DNA of 64,000 nt from Candidatus Babeliales bacterium (lineage in GTDB: Bacteria; Babelota; Babeliae; Babelales; JANWKD01). Where the stretch lies: positions 768,001 to 832,000 of the forward strand of contig OY969622.1 of assembly GCA_963701665.1 (NCBI GenBank). Reading direction: 5' to 3'. Shown here one piece after another: positions 11,301 through 21,364 of the stretch. The notes beneath the pieces are model-generated. The model had not been told where the DNA came from, ran no database searches, and worked only from the letters and a program-made list of their open reading frames with translations. Position 1 is the stretch's first letter; the number at the start of each line of letters is the position of its first letter. Position numbers and translations under genes: made by a program.

Positions 11301-11488
11301 AGCAAATTCGATACGTAAATTTTGCTATGCAAAGTAACATTGAAAACCAAATCGTCATTGCGAGGCCTCGAAGAGGGCGTGGCAATCTAATTATAAAATT
11401 TGTTCCTTTAAGGAATTAATTAAAGTTTGGATCCCCACGGCTAAAGCCTCGGGATGACATTCTTACTGATTGTAGCGAACTCGCCTCA
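11298..11488. repeat. palindromic miniature element, copy 1
   Basis: Core 11354-11458 GTCATTGCGAG..GTGGCAATCT / TGGATCCCCACG..CGGGATGAC; end motif TAAAGCAAATTCGAT at 11298; degenerate right end near 11474-11488. Confidence 0.8.
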
Positions 11489-11581
11489 AGAAGAACTCTT
11501 CTTAAAAAATATTGCAAACGATGAAATTCATATTTTAGACTACTCTTGATTGATATCTATTATAGAGAAAGGAAACGATTC

Positions 11582-11761
11582 ATGTTTTTAAATTGGGCTT
11601 TTATTTTTCTTGTCCTAGCACTCGTTGCAGGATATTTTGGTTTTTTCGGACTTGCTGCTGAAAGCGCTGGCATAGCAAAAATCTTATTTTTCCTGTTTAT
11701 CGCAATTTTTGTTATCTCATTCATTATGAATATGTTACGCGGCAAAAATCCACCCGGATAA
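11582..11761 (+). CDS. DUF1328 (YtjA/UPF0391) small membrane protein
   Basis: WAFIFLVLALVAGYFGFFGLAAESAGIAKILFFLF matches the family pattern. Confidence 0.85.
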   Translation: MFLNWAFIFLVLALVAGYFGFFGLAAESAGIAKILFFLFIAIFVISFIMNMLRGKNPPG

Positions 11762-11765
11762 TGTA

Positions 11766-12050
11766 CTAGAAGGTCCATGGTTGACGAAGAAACTCTTCGT
11801 AACCTACTTCTAAGGCATCCCACCAAATTTCAGCCGATTCTTGAGGGAGTAGTTTGCCAGTTGTATGATCAATTGCAAAATAACCTGGATCATGTATGCC
11901 ACGAAATTGTTTGGCAGCATATACATCCTCAGTTTCATAGATTACCCACCCGTCTTCATATTCTTTTTTTTCAATAACGCCTCCAGCATACGAAGATTTT
12001 TGCATTAAGATTAGGCTCATTGCTATAACAGAAAGAAATCGTACTTTCAT
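11766..12050 (-). CDS. small hypothetical exported protein
   Basis: Signal peptide ending SSYA; RBS aaagga. Confidence 0.5.
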   Translation of the reverse strand: MKVRFLSVIAMSLILMQKSSYAGGVIEKKEYEDGWVIYETEDVYAAKQFRGIHDPGYFAIDHTTGKLLPQESAEIWWDALEVGYEEFLRQPWTF

Positions 12051-12075
12051 AAAATTTCCTTTTTATATCAGGACC

Positions 12076-12558
12076 TTAAAATATGCTCATTTCGCTCAGT
12101 TTTTTTTCCACACTACTAAAATTATCACAATGAATTGAACGTATGCCAGTGTCATGGGCAGCTTGAACGTTTTCTAGCGCATCATCAATAAAAATACAAT
12201 TATTTGCGGTGACCAAGAATTTTTCAAGAAAATGTTGATAAATGCGCCGATCAGGTTTTGCAAAACCAACATCCCCTGAAATAACATAACCATCAAATAA
12301 GCTAAATACATCTTGATGTTTTTCGCTCAGCGCTAAAAAATTATGGGTCTTCCAATTGGAAAGAATATATAACTTATGTAGCTTGTTGCCAGCATCATCT
12401 CGTTGTTGAGAACATTTTCTTAATAATTCTATCCCTTGAATAATAGGAACATAGTATTTAACAAGTTGATCCCGCTGCTCTGCTTGAAAAAGGACGCCCC
12501 CAATATCAAATAGAATGTTAGTAGGAATCAAAGATTTTATATTATTCGCTGACATCAT
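12076..12558 (-). CDS. HAD-family phosphatase (YihX-like, minimal cap)
   Basis: FDIGGVL, LSN, KPDRRIY, FIDD motifs. Confidence 0.85.
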   Translation of the reverse strand: MMSANNIKSLIPTNILFDIGGVLFQAEQRDQLVKYYVPIIQGIELLRKCSQQRDDAGNKLHKLYILSNWKTHNFLALSEKHQDVFSLFDGYVISGDVGFAKPDRRIYQHFLEKFLVTANNCIFIDDALENVQAAHDTGIRSIHCDNFSSVEKKLSEMSIF

Positions 12559-12575
12559 ACTCCCCTTTATATAAT

Positions 12576-13118
12576 TTATTGCGCGATACTTACTTTGGCG
12601 GGACGAATAACCGCTCCTTTAAAACGATATCCCTTTTGCAAAACTTCTACAATATTTCCTGAGGAGACGTTAGGAGCTTCAACGGTCATAACAGCTTCAT
12701 GAAGTTCAGGATCGAACGTAGTTGTTTCTTTTATTTCTTGCACACCACTATTGATAAGATACTTTTGCAATTCTTTATCAATGAGCATGATACCTTTAAA
12801 CCATGATTGCAATTCTTGGGGCAATTCTTCCATTTTTTTTTGATGCAACGCTCGTTCAAAATTATCAAATATAGGCAAAAGTCCGGTGATCAATTCTGTT
12901 TGAGCGTACCGCGACGTTTGAAGTCGAATCTTTTCTTCGCGTCGCTTGAAATTGTCAAAATCGGCTGTTGCACGCAAACATCGTTCTTTCCATTCTTGCA
13001 TTTCTTGTAAGCAACTCGTCAGTTTTTGATCAACTGAAGATTCTTGCGTTTGCATGTCGTTGTTTGCTGTTTCTTTGTGCGCATCATTACTATCCGCGAT
13101 GTGTTCAGTCATATACAT
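12576..13118 (-). CDS. grpE: nucleotide exchange factor GrpE
   Basis: RATADFDNFKRR, LLPIFDNFERA, FDPELHEAV, QKGY...IRPAKV. Confidence 0.96.
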   Translation of the reverse strand: MYMTEHIADSNDAHKETANNDMQTQESSVDQKLTSCLQEMQEWKERCLRATADFDNFKRREEKIRLQTSRYAQTELITGLLPIFDNFERALHQKKMEELPQELQSWFKGIMLIDKELQKYLINSGVQEIKETTTFDPELHEAVMTVEAPNVSSGNIVEVLQKGYRFKGAVIRPAKVSIAQ

Positions 13119-13284
13119 AGGAAAACCTTTATTATTTCTGCTTGAGTACCGGTAGATTATAGGTTAAAATCATACAAAATTTAAGTATACCATGCCATAA
13201 AATCGTGACAAGCAGTAATTGTTTCGCGCATTATCATGGCAACATTCATGCGCAATAAAAAAATAGCTTAGAAAGTTAACATTA

Positions 13285-14553
13285 GTGATGAATATACAAT
13301 TTTTATCCATTTTTATAAGTACACTTCTGGCAGTTCTACCTTTGGTCGCCATTGATAATCCTCATTTTTATCGTGCTAATTTTTTTTGGGGCGAACCTCG
13401 TTTGGAAAAGCCCTCATTGAGTACGTATGAAGTTAATTTTGCTGGGGGCACCACAAAAACAGCTTTCAATGATGAAGGTAAAAAAGTTCCCTTATTAAAT
13501 ATTTTTGGTTTTCAAAATATGCGTGTGTTGGGGGAAAATGTTCCTACCTTAGACCCAACAAACCCTCTTGACGAGATCCTTTTAGCGTTGCTGGAAATTC
13601 CTGCTCGTGAAAATTTTGGAGAACTTGAATATTTTGGCCGTTTTTCAATCTTTGAGACAACGATTAATTATTACCAGAACGCAACCAATGGCTTTTTTTT
13701 CCAAGCTTATTTACCCGTACGATACCTGCGTATCGGCGATATTTCATTTGCCGATCAATCGCCAACTGATGACATTTTCCCGAACAGCACAACGCCTGAG
13801 TGGGTAGCATTTTTAGAAAATTTTAGCTCAATTCTCACGCGCTACAACCTTTCTACAAAAACACAATCACGCGCCGGCCCAGGCGATTTTTCCATCCTTG
13901 CTGGCTGGGCATGCAACTATGAAGAAACTGAGTATATTGATTATATTGATGTGGATGCAAAAATTGGCGTTCTCTTTCCCACCGCAAAAAAAAGAAATGA
14001 AAACGAGGTTTTCTCTTTGCCACTCGGCTATAATGGCCATTTTGGAGTACCATTAAAGTTTGACTGCTCGTTCGGTTACTGGGATTGGCTTACCCTCGGC
14101 TTACATATTGGTGCCCTATTTTTAATTGAAAAAAACCGAGTCATTCACATGCAAACTTCGACAGAACAAAACGGTTTTTTTGATTTACTCAAAGGAAAAG
14201 CCAAAGTTGATCCTGGCACCATTTGGGAAATTTCACCGTATGTGAAGGCTGATCATTTTGCCAAAGGATTTTCTTTGTTATTCGGCTATTGTTATACGCA
14301 AAAAGATCGCGATTGTATACAGCCAAATAACACAACGCTTTTTAATCCAATTGCTGTTAATGCTGATCAACGCTTTCGATCTTGGAATATGCATGTTTTA
14401 CACTTTATGGCAGAATATGACTTTGCTAAAAAGGCTACCGATGTCCTGCCACGAATAGGCTTTTTTTATAATTATATTGTAAGTGGTAAACGAATTTTTG
14501 ATACCAGTATTGTTAGTTCCTATGGAGTTCTTGATTGTTCATGGGAGTTCTAA
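13285..14553 (+). CDS. putative outer-membrane beta-barrel protein
   Basis: Signal peptide; aromatic-rich alternating strands; C-terminus LDCSWEF with terminal Phe. Confidence 0.5.
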   Translation: MMNIQFLSIFISTLLAVLPLVAIDNPHFYRANFFWGEPRLEKPSLSTYEVNFAGGTTKTAFNDEGKKVPLLNIFGFQNMRVLGENVPTLDPTNPLDEILLALLEIPARENFGELEYFGRFSIFETTINYYQNATNGFFFQAYLPVRYLRIGDISFADQSPTDDIFPNSTTPEWVAFLENFSSILTRYNLSTKTQSRAGPGDFSILAGWACNYEETEYIDYIDVDAKIGVLFPTAKKRNENEVFSLPLGYNGHFGVPLKFDCSFGYWDWLTLGLHIGALFLIEKNRVIHMQTSTEQNGFFDLLKGKAKVDPGTIWEISPYVKADHFAKGFSLLFGYCYTQKDRDCIQPNNTTLFNPIAVNADQRFRSWNMHVLHFMAEYDFAKKATDVLPRIGFFYNYIVSGKRIFDTSIVSSYGVLDCSWEF

Positions 14554-14616
14554 CACTACACTTTTTCCAAGAAAAAGTGTTTTTTTCTATGAAACTTACA
14601 CAATAAAAACAAGAAT

Positions 14617-14777
14617 GTCTTCCCGAGGAGCAAAGCGACGTGGGGATCCAGAACTTTAATTAATCCTTTAAAGGAACTAATTTTATAAGCTGGGTTGCCA
14701 CGCTTTCGCTCGCAATGACAATTTTGTTTTCCAATATGCATTTCCTGCGGCACAGTTACTCATCGAATTTGCGTTAA
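14617..14777. repeat. palindromic miniature element, copy 2 (inverted relative to copy 1)
   Basis: Core 14617-14719 GTCTTCCCGAG..CGTGGGGATCCA / TGGGTTGCCACG..CTCGCAATGAC; end motif ATCGAATTTGCGTTA at 14762-14776. Confidence 0.8.
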
Positions 14778-15277
14778 GCACTAAAAAAGTCGATATCATA
14801 GGCATTAATTTCGCGATTACAGGCGATAACTTTTTGCAAATTTTTTCTATTTTCTTGCATAATTCTTTGAAGGCAGACGCGAATAGCTCGTTGAGTCTTA
14901 GTATCAGGATATGATTCATTCCAAAGATTAAAGCGCTCTTCTACACTCATAAATAGGTCACTTAAATAAGCGTAATCCTCTTTTAAATAAATGCGTGCCT
15001 CTTCTTCATTTTCCAATAGATTACAAAGGGCTTCTTGCAAGGCAACTAATTGATCTGAAATATAGCCCATTTGCTCAATCCAAGATTTAGAACCCGATTG
15101 TGCATCAAATTTCATCACCGATAGATCATTAATAACGTCTCTGCAAAGCGTTTCAACCTTATAAAAATTGGAAGTTTGATACGTATTCCATGCATAGGCA
15201 TCACTACCGCGCAAAAAAAAATAGATAAAAAGGCTCATAATAAAAATGATTTTCAAGAAAAAGCGTATAACAAACAT
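14774..15277 (-). CDS. hypothetical exported protein
   Basis: Hydrophobic N-terminus ending DAYA; helical body. Confidence 0.55.
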   Translation of the reverse strand: MFVIRFFLKIIFIMSLFIYFFLRGSDAYAWNTYQTSNFYKVETLCRDVINDLSVMKFDAQSGSKSWIEQMGYISDQLVALQEALCNLLENEEEARIYLKEDYAYLSDLFMSVEERFNLWNESYPDTKTQRAIRVCLQRIMQENRKNLQKVIACNREINAYDIDFFSA

Positions 15278-15364
15278 ATTTTTGCCCCTACGTAGCGTGC
15301 GTCTTCACTTTGTAGGATGACAAAAATATATTCAACTTGTCAAGAAATGACTTATTTTTTTGAT

Positions 15365-16150
15365 CTATTGTGTCTTATTAAAGGGGAGTTGATTAGAAAT
15401 GTGATATACCATTGTTGTTGATTCCTCATTATTTTTCAGGGTTTCGATCCAATTGGTATATACTTGAATGCGTTTATTGGCAGAAAAAACTTGAGCGCCA
15501 GCCTTAGTAATAACGGGTAACGTTATCAAGGTACCTAAAGCCCCTAGAATTAATGCACTATAACCAAGTTTGGAATAATTTTTTAGCAGTAATCCTAGGC
15601 CCATACTTGTTACAACACAACAATTTAATCCCAAACATCCTGAAGTAATACAATCTAACCACTGCCATTTTAAACCAAGGTTATCGTTTCTTATTTTTTC
15701 TAAAATCTTATTTTCGAAAAAAATTTGCACATCAGAGTGCATGTTATTATTTTTGTGCTGCGATAACTTAGTAAACATATACTCACAAAATTGATCATTT
15801 TCAAGAAGAGAATTAGCAATATAGACATTAATAGTATTATTATATTCAGATTCAGTTTTATGATCGTAAGTATCTCTGAAATATTGATAGGCAAGATATT
15901 CGCGTATAGTGCCGGTTTCTGGCAACGCTAGCGATCTATCTAAAAATCCTTTGGGATCATCCCCTATAAGTGACGCAAAATCAGTCAAAAAATCAGTCGG
16001 CAATTTTTCTTCGCTGCCATTTAATAACTGAGAAGAATTATTTCTATTTCTATGTGACTTAGGTGAGGTTTCATCAGGATAAGTCAACATTGAAAAAAGT
16101 TGATTAGGGATGATAAGTGAAAAAAGAAATATGTATGCCAGTAACTTCAT
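15365..16150 (-). CDS. hypothetical exported protein with hydrophobic hairpin
   Basis: Signal peptide (..NQLFS-M); two adjacent hydrophobic helices near the C-terminus. Confidence 0.6.
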   Translation of the reverse strand: MKLLAYIFLFSLIIPNQLFSMLTYPDETSPKSHRNRNNSSQLLNGSEEKLPTDFLTDFASLIGDDPKGFLDRSLALPETGTIREYLAYQYFRDTYDHKTESEYNNTINVYIANSLLENDQFCEYMFTKLSQHKNNNMHSDVQIFFENKILEKIRNDNLGLKWQWLDCITSGCLGLNCCVVTSMGLGLLLKNYSKLGYSALILGALGTLITLPVITKAGAQVFSANKRIQVYTNWIETLKNNEESTTMVYHISNQLPFNKTQ

Positions 16151-16173
16151 TACTAATCTACTTATAAATATGG

Positions 16174-16842
16174 TTATTTTTCTTTTTGTGAATCAAGCTT
16201 GGCATGCCAATCACTATATTGTTGCTCTTCTACTGTGGTTATGCGCCACATTGCAAAGTTCTTAATTAAGGAAGGAACAGCATAAAATAATCCAACGCAG
16301 CCTCCAGCAACTGCAGAATAACTTAATGTAGAGTTATTTTCTTTATTTAATAAAGATCTTATACCTAAAATCGTTGGAAAACTTGAAACACCTGCTCTTA
16401 AAATAGATTTTAATATATTATTTATGTGTTTTTTTCTTTTTGTTTCTAATAAACGTTTTTTACTCAACACATTATGGGTAAGAATTCTTTTTATTTCTGC
16501 TTCTTCTTTAGTTAATTTTTGGTTCCCTAAAAAAAATTTAACTGCCTTCATTGAAAACTCGGGATAACCTTCAAAGAAAATTCGAGCTTTATTTTCATTA
16601 TTAAATTGTGAATGCTTTAACGGCACATTTTGGTTTATGTATGTGTTCTCGACTATTTCTTTAGGTAGCCCACAAGCACCCGCTAACGCAGAGAAAAAAT
16701 CACTTTCTTCGTTATGATCAGACCTAGAACTTTCTAGAAACGTTTGAGCTCTAACCAGAACATCTTCAGCATTGTCTACTACGTCTGATGCCTGTATACC
16801 AAATGAACTCAACATTAGCCCCGTTAATAGTATCTTTTTCAT
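16174..16842 (-). CDS. hypothetical exported protein with hydrophobic hairpin (probable paralog of 15365..16150)
   Basis: MKKILLTGLMLSSFGIQA signal; shares LxYSA and Y-x-x-W motifs with neighbour. Confidence 0.6.
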   Translation of the reverse strand: MKKILLTGLMLSSFGIQASDVVDNAEDVLVRAQTFLESSRSDHNEESDFFSALAGACGLPKEIVENTYINQNVPLKHSQFNNENKARIFFEGYPEFSMKAVKFFLGNQKLTKEEAEIKRILTHNVLSKKRLLETKRKKHINNILKSILRAGVSSFPTILGIRSLLNKENNSTLSYSAVAGGCVGLFYAVPSLIKNFAMWRITTVEEQQYSDWHAKLDSQKEK

Positions 16843-17231
16843 GATGTTATTTTCGTAGATAGGAACTCTTTTATTCTCGTTAAATTTGTATCTTCACATT
16901 CAGGGTGATCGTGAAAATATTGCATCGTCTTCTCAATGTTCTCTTTATCAGAGAATATAAACTCTAAATCTTCGATCTCTAAATAAGGCGTTGAATTATA
17001 CCTACTTTCAAAGAGGTAATATTTTGAATAATAATCTTCGTCACTTTCACCAAGCACTCGGGCGAGTGCTTGCCGATCTGCAGGTAAGTCTTCTTTCTCA
17101 AGCTGCCGATTTGCTACAGCTTTTGATGCAAAATATTTTCTTGCCCTTGGTTCAGCTTCACGCACTTTGTGCATGGAAAAAACGGCAAAGTTAAAAAGAA
17201 AAATATATAAAAAAAATACTTTTTTAATCAT
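16839..17231 (-). CDS. hypothetical exported protein
   Basis: Signal peptide (..FAVFS-M); ATGA overlap with the next gene. Confidence 0.55.
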   Translation of the reverse strand: MIKKVFFLYIFLFNFAVFSMHKVREAEPRARKYFASKAVANRQLEKEDLPADRQALARVLGESDEDYYSKYYLFESRYNSTPYLEIEDLEFIFSDKENIEKTMQYFHDHPECEDTNLTRIKEFLSTKITS

Positions 17232-17237
17232 AAAATC

Positions 17238-17768
17238 CTAAAATGGTAAATCATCTTGGAATGGCGGTTCATCTTTGAAAGCAAATTCGCCAGAATTTTC
17301 ATTTGTTGCAGATTTTTTCTTACTTGTTTTGACTTTACTGAGCATCGATTCAGCTGCTAAAACTGCGGGGTCATTACTCACGGGCATTGCTTGTGCATCA
17401 AGATCACCGATTTCAGCGTCAGCGCCAGCTTGCACTGCTGAACCCAAGAAGACAACCCGATCTGCCACCACTGAATGTTTACTGCGTGTTTGGCCATCGG
17501 GCGTTTGCCATGTATCAAATTTTAAACGACCTTCAACTAAAACTGGGCGCCCTTTTTGTAAATATTGACGACAACTTTCTGCTTGCGGCCCAAAAACATC
17601 AATATCGATAAAGCACACTTCTTGCACCATAGCGCCCGTTTGCTTATTTTTATATTGACGATTCACAGCAAGTCCTAAACGACATACTGCTTGCCCAGAA
17701 GGAAGCTGTTTATATTCAGGATCACGCGTTAAGTTTCCAATTAATACAATGCGATTATAACTTGCCAC
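17238..17768 (-). CDS. ssb: single-stranded DNA-binding protein
   Basis: NRIVLIGNLTRDPE, LQKGRPVLVEGRL, C-terminal DDLPF. Confidence 0.97.
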   Translation of the reverse strand: MASYNRIVLIGNLTRDPEYKQLPSGQAVCRLGLAVNRQYKNKQTGAMVQEVCFIDIDVFGPQAESCRQYLQKGRPVLVEGRLKFDTWQTPDGQTRSKHSVVADRVVFLGSAVQAGADAEIGDLDAQAMPVSNDPAVLAAESMLSKVKTSKKKSATNENSGEFAFKDEPPFQDDLPF

Positions 17769-17863
17769 AATAATGACCTTTCATGCGAGTGAGAAGAGAA
17801 ATTTTTGAATTAAGGATAACAAAATACTAGTATTATTCAAAGCACAAACATTAAATTTACAAT

Positions 17864-19234
17864 TTAGGAAATGATACAACGTTTGCGACGCGCATTATCA
17901 GGTCCTTTCTCATCCAGCTTCTCCTGTATTCTGTAACGTAATATATCTGGTTGCGGGAATGAAGATAAGGTGGCTTCATCGCTAAGCAAACGCGTTAATA
18001 TATCTTTTCTATTATGGTCAATTGCCTTTTCAACAGCAAGTTTAAACGCCAGCTTATACACTGAATCAATGGTTAGCTTTTCAGGAACGCAGAAAATATC
18101 GACCTGCTGATCTTTAGATTCATAATCAACATTTATAAAACTAGGAAAATTATTCTGATCGGCAACAAAATAACACGGATTATCCCCCAATGAGCTTCTT
18201 ATGGTGAATTTTTTAAGCAACTTACCATGAATATCGTATCCCAAAAGGTCACCATATTGGCCTGATGTTATAACTACGTTATTTTTTATGCAAAGTACAA
18301 TTCCATCGATAGACTCCTCTTTTTCAGGTATTTCTTTTTTAGCCATTATTTTTGTTTTTTTTGTATGATGTTCTGCAATTGCTACGATTGAATCATCATC
18401 AGCAATAATAATACGATCGATTTTTTCTTCCGGTATCTCTTCCACCATTTTACTTGCTAAACAGATTTTATAGGATGGTTTTTTTTCGCAGCCAACATAA
18501 AGAAATTGATTATCATGCGTTAACGCAAGAGATTTGATTGGATTATCAACGCTCTTAATCCTATTGTTAAAAAAGCTAAGTTCAGCCAAACTCTGGCTTT
18601 CAATAGATGTTTGATCTTTAATGCCATCGCAGGGAAACGTTAAGATTTTATGCCGAGTAGCTATATACACCACTGGTTTCTTGTCAGTTGAAACGACACA
18701 GTCCTTTTCTTCATTTAATTCTTTTTTCCCCAAAAATCTCAATGGAATTTCGGACGAAAAAAATGAAATTGCTTGCTCAGAAATCCCGAGTAATAAAGCG
18801 ATGTTAGGCACCCGCTCGATATACTGAATTGGATCATTTCTATCCTGATTATTTTTTTGATAGGTAATTTTATTCTCGCTATCGTGCACAAAAAATCCTA
18901 AAGAATTACACCCAAAATGGCATGATTTATATTTTGTTAAAGAGTGCAAATAATAACGTTCATGCAATGAGCGCGTCACTTCTTGCCACTGCGGACATAG
19001 CATAAAATCAATGCGTTCAATAACTTTTTCTTGCAAGGAATCTGGCAAAGATTCTAGGGTGCCCTTAATTCTTTTAACCTCTTTAAATAAAGGCTCATCT
19101 AGATTAAAATTGTCGTAGAAATAATGTGCAGCTGGGCTAATGCAGATAGTTAGGAGCGAAGGCACTTCCATCGCATCGAGACTGAAAAATAAACCCGCTA
19201 AAAAAATTGGTATGAAATTTCTATTCATAGTCAT
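17864..19234 (-). CDS. putative effector: signal peptide, BC-box/SOCS-like motif, degenerate beta-propeller, C-terminal CaaX
   Basis: ..SLDA-MEVPSLLTICISPA..; IKSLALTHDNQFLYVG blade; ends RRKRCIIS. Confidence 0.6.
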   Translation of the reverse strand: MTMNRNFIPIFLAGLFFSLDAMEVPSLLTICISPAAHYFYDNFNLDEPLFKEVKRIKGTLESLPDSLQEKVIERIDFMLCPQWQEVTRSLHERYYLHSLTKYKSCHFGCNSLGFFVHDSENKITYQKNNQDRNDPIQYIERVPNIALLLGISEQAISFFSSEIPLRFLGKKELNEEKDCVVSTDKKPVVYIATRHKILTFPCDGIKDQTSIESQSLAELSFFNNRIKSVDNPIKSLALTHDNQFLYVGCEKKPSYKICLASKMVEEIPEEKIDRIIIADDDSIVAIAEHHTKKTKIMAKKEIPEKEESIDGIVLCIKNNVVITSGQYGDLLGYDIHGKLLKKFTIRSSLGDNPCYFVADQNNFPSFINVDYESKDQQVDIFCVPEKLTIDSVYKLAFKLAVEKAIDHNRKDILTRLLSDEATLSSFPQPDILRYRIQEKLDEKGPDNARRKRCIIS

Positions 19235-19611
19235 TATTTTTTAAAACAACGATTCCTTATAGCTTGTTGTTCAACAATACATCGAGAACATTCTTTCAAT
19301 GCATTTCGCATTTTTTGCGTACATTCATCATATTGATGTCGCTGCTGCTGCGAAGCATCTTTGACAAAATTTGGTTTTTCTTGACTGATTGTTGCCCGTA
19401 CATCATTGTGCGTAGCATCTAGGAGTTCTGTAACATTTTTCAGATGTGTTGTTATGTCTTGTAGAAGATCACCATCACCGGCAATAATGTGTTCGGGCGT
19501 AATGCGCGGCTTTTTTTTGGTGCTTTCTTTTTTTGATAAGACAAAAGTATCTGCACCCAAAATAGTAAGCACAATACCTCCCATGGCAAGCGTATATACT
19601 ATTTTTTTCAT
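19234..19611 (-). CDS. hypothetical exported protein
   Basis: Signal-like N-terminus; overlaps both neighbouring genes. Confidence 0.55.
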   Translation of the reverse strand: MKKIVYTLAMGGIVLTILGADTFVLSKKESTKKKPRITPEHIIAGDGDLLQDITTHLKNVTELLDATHNDVRATISQEKPNFVKDASQQQRHQYDECTQKMRNALKECSRCIVEQQAIRNRCFKK

Positions 19612-20216
19612 ACGTCTTCTCTAGATTCATCGGTAATTTTTAACAAATTAGTTGCAATGAGCGTGTAATGCACTAAGCATGCTCCACTTAAAATGCTCAA
19701 GAGCCCTAGCATAAAAAAATAGGTTTTAACCGGCATCCAATTAAAAAAATAACAAGAAAAAAGCCAAATAATAAAGCAAATTTGTACAAACGTAGTCATT
19801 TTACCAAGGGTAGTTGGGCGTATTTCAAGAAATCCTTTCAGCCAATACACAAGGCATGAACCAACGATCATGACAAGTTCTTTAATTAAAACTAATGAAA
19901 CAAACCAACGGGGAATAGAAAAAAGCGGAGAATTGATAAAAGCGAGGGTAGTAAAACAACTCAAAAGCAGTAATTTATCTGCTAATGCATCTAAACACGC
20001 GCCTAAAAATGTTTTTACATTCCACCAGCGAGCGAGTGCACCGTCGATCAAATCCGTGCACGCGGCCATTAAAAAAAGATAAAAGCTCACACCCCATTGT
20101 TGCTGCATCATGGTAACTATAATCCAAGGGACAAGAAAAAGACGCGTGATGGTAAAAAGCGTGGGTATAGTAATACGCCACTCGTTGTTGCTGCTATAAG
20201 AATAGAATGAGTTCAA
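19608..20216 (-). CDS. CDP-alcohol phosphatidyltransferase (PgsA-like)
   Basis: TDLIDGALAR...GACLDALADK motif; multiple TM helices. Confidence 0.9.
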   Translation of the reverse strand: MNSFYSYSSNNEWRITIPTLFTITRLFLVPWIIVTMMQQQWGVSFYLFLMAACTDLIDGALARWWNVKTFLGACLDALADKLLLLSCFTTLAFINSPLFSIPRWFVSLVLIKELVMIVGSCLVYWLKGFLEIRPTTLGKMTTFVQICFIIWLFSCYFFNWMPVKTYFFMLGLLSILSGACLVHYTLIATNLLKITDESREDV

Positions 20217-20305
20217 GAGAAAGCCCTATACTATAATAATGTTGAGTGCACAAGCTAAGTACTTTTTAAGAATAGCACAAAAAACAGTAATGAAAATAAG
20301 CTTTT

Positions 20306-21364
20306 TTATGAACTTTTTTCAATTCTCCCACTGCCAAGGCAAATAGGCCCATCATATAAAGCTGCAAATTGTCCCGGCGCAATGCCTTGATCATGATCAT
20401 TGAGCGTCAGATATGCCTTTTGACCCTCAAAGGTTACGTGCGCTTCATGTTTGTGCGCCCCGTGACGAAGTTTTACCCAAAGACGCGCGGCATTTGGACG
20501 CTCGCCTGAGATCCAATTGAAATGAGCAACTTCGCACGCGTTCCGTTTTTTATCTGGCGCATAATACGCGCGGGAAATGTAGACAATGTTTGCTTCAGGA
20601 TCTTTGGCGACCACATACCACGGCCCTCCCGCCAAACCAATACCCTGCCGTTGCCCAATGGTGTAATACCAAAAACCTTGATGGGTTCCCATGCGTTCAC
20701 CCGTTTCAATTTCAACGAGATCGCCCGGTTTTTTGCCCAGATGGAACGATAAAAATTCATCGAATTTTAGTTTGCCAAGAAAGCAGATTCCTTGGCTATC
20801 TTTTCTTTGCTTGGTCGGCAAATCATAGTCATGTGCTAGCGCACGCACTTGCACTTTTGTCAGATGCCCGATCGGAAATAAAGCGCGCGAAAGTTGTTGT
20901 TGGCTGAGGTGGGATAAAAAATAGGTCTGATCTTTGATAGGATCTGGTGCTTGCACAAGAGAAAAAATACCGTTTTCTTCCACTACTTGGGCATAATGGC
21001 CGGTAGCCACTTTATCAAATTCATCGCCAATGACATCATAAAAAGCACCGAATTTGACCTGCTGATTACATAAAATATCAGGATTGGGAGTCAAACCCGC
21101 TTTTACTTGATTGATCGTATAGGAAACCACGCGTTCCCAATACTCTTTTTGCAAAGAAACCACGCGCAATGGCACATCCAATTTTTGGCACACGCCCTCG
21201 ACATACTGAAGATCCTCTTGCCAAGGACAATTGCCTAAAAAAGAAAGTTCATCTTCAAGCCAAATTTTTAAATAGAAGGCGGTAAGCTCATGCCCCTGAT
21301 TTTTTAAAACCTGTAGGGCTACCGAGCTATCAACGCCACCGGAAACTAACACTGCTATTTTCAT
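20306..21364 (-). CDS. mnmA: tRNA 2-thiouridylase MnmA
   Basis: SGGVDSSVA, TPNPDILCN, ATGHYA, KDQTYFL, DSQGICF, PGQ. Confidence 0.97.
   Translation of the reverse strand: MKIAVLVSGGVDSSVALQVLKNQGHELTAFYLKIWLEDELSFLGNCPWQEDLQYVEGVCQKLDVPLRVVSLQKEYWERVVSYTINQVKAGLTPNPDILCNQQVKFGAFYDVIGDEFDKVATGHYAQVVEENGIFSLVQAPDPIKDQTYFLSHLSQQQLSRALFPIGHLTKVQVRALAHDYDLPTKQRKDSQGICFLGKLKFDEFLSFHLGKKPGDLVEIETGERMGTHQGFWYYTIGQRQGIGLAGGPWYVVAKDPEANIVYISRAYYAPDKKRNACEVAHFNWISGERPNAARLWVKLRHGAHKHEAHVTFEGQKAYLTLNDHDQGIAPGQFAALYDGPICLGSGRIEKSS

Noticed and set aside
14556..14753. 65-aa ORF containing HCERKRGNP
   Set aside because: Translation of the palindromic element, not a credible gene
19234..19611. C-terminal CFKK as a third CaaX box
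   Set aside because: Lys at the a2 and X positions does not fit prenyltransferase preferences
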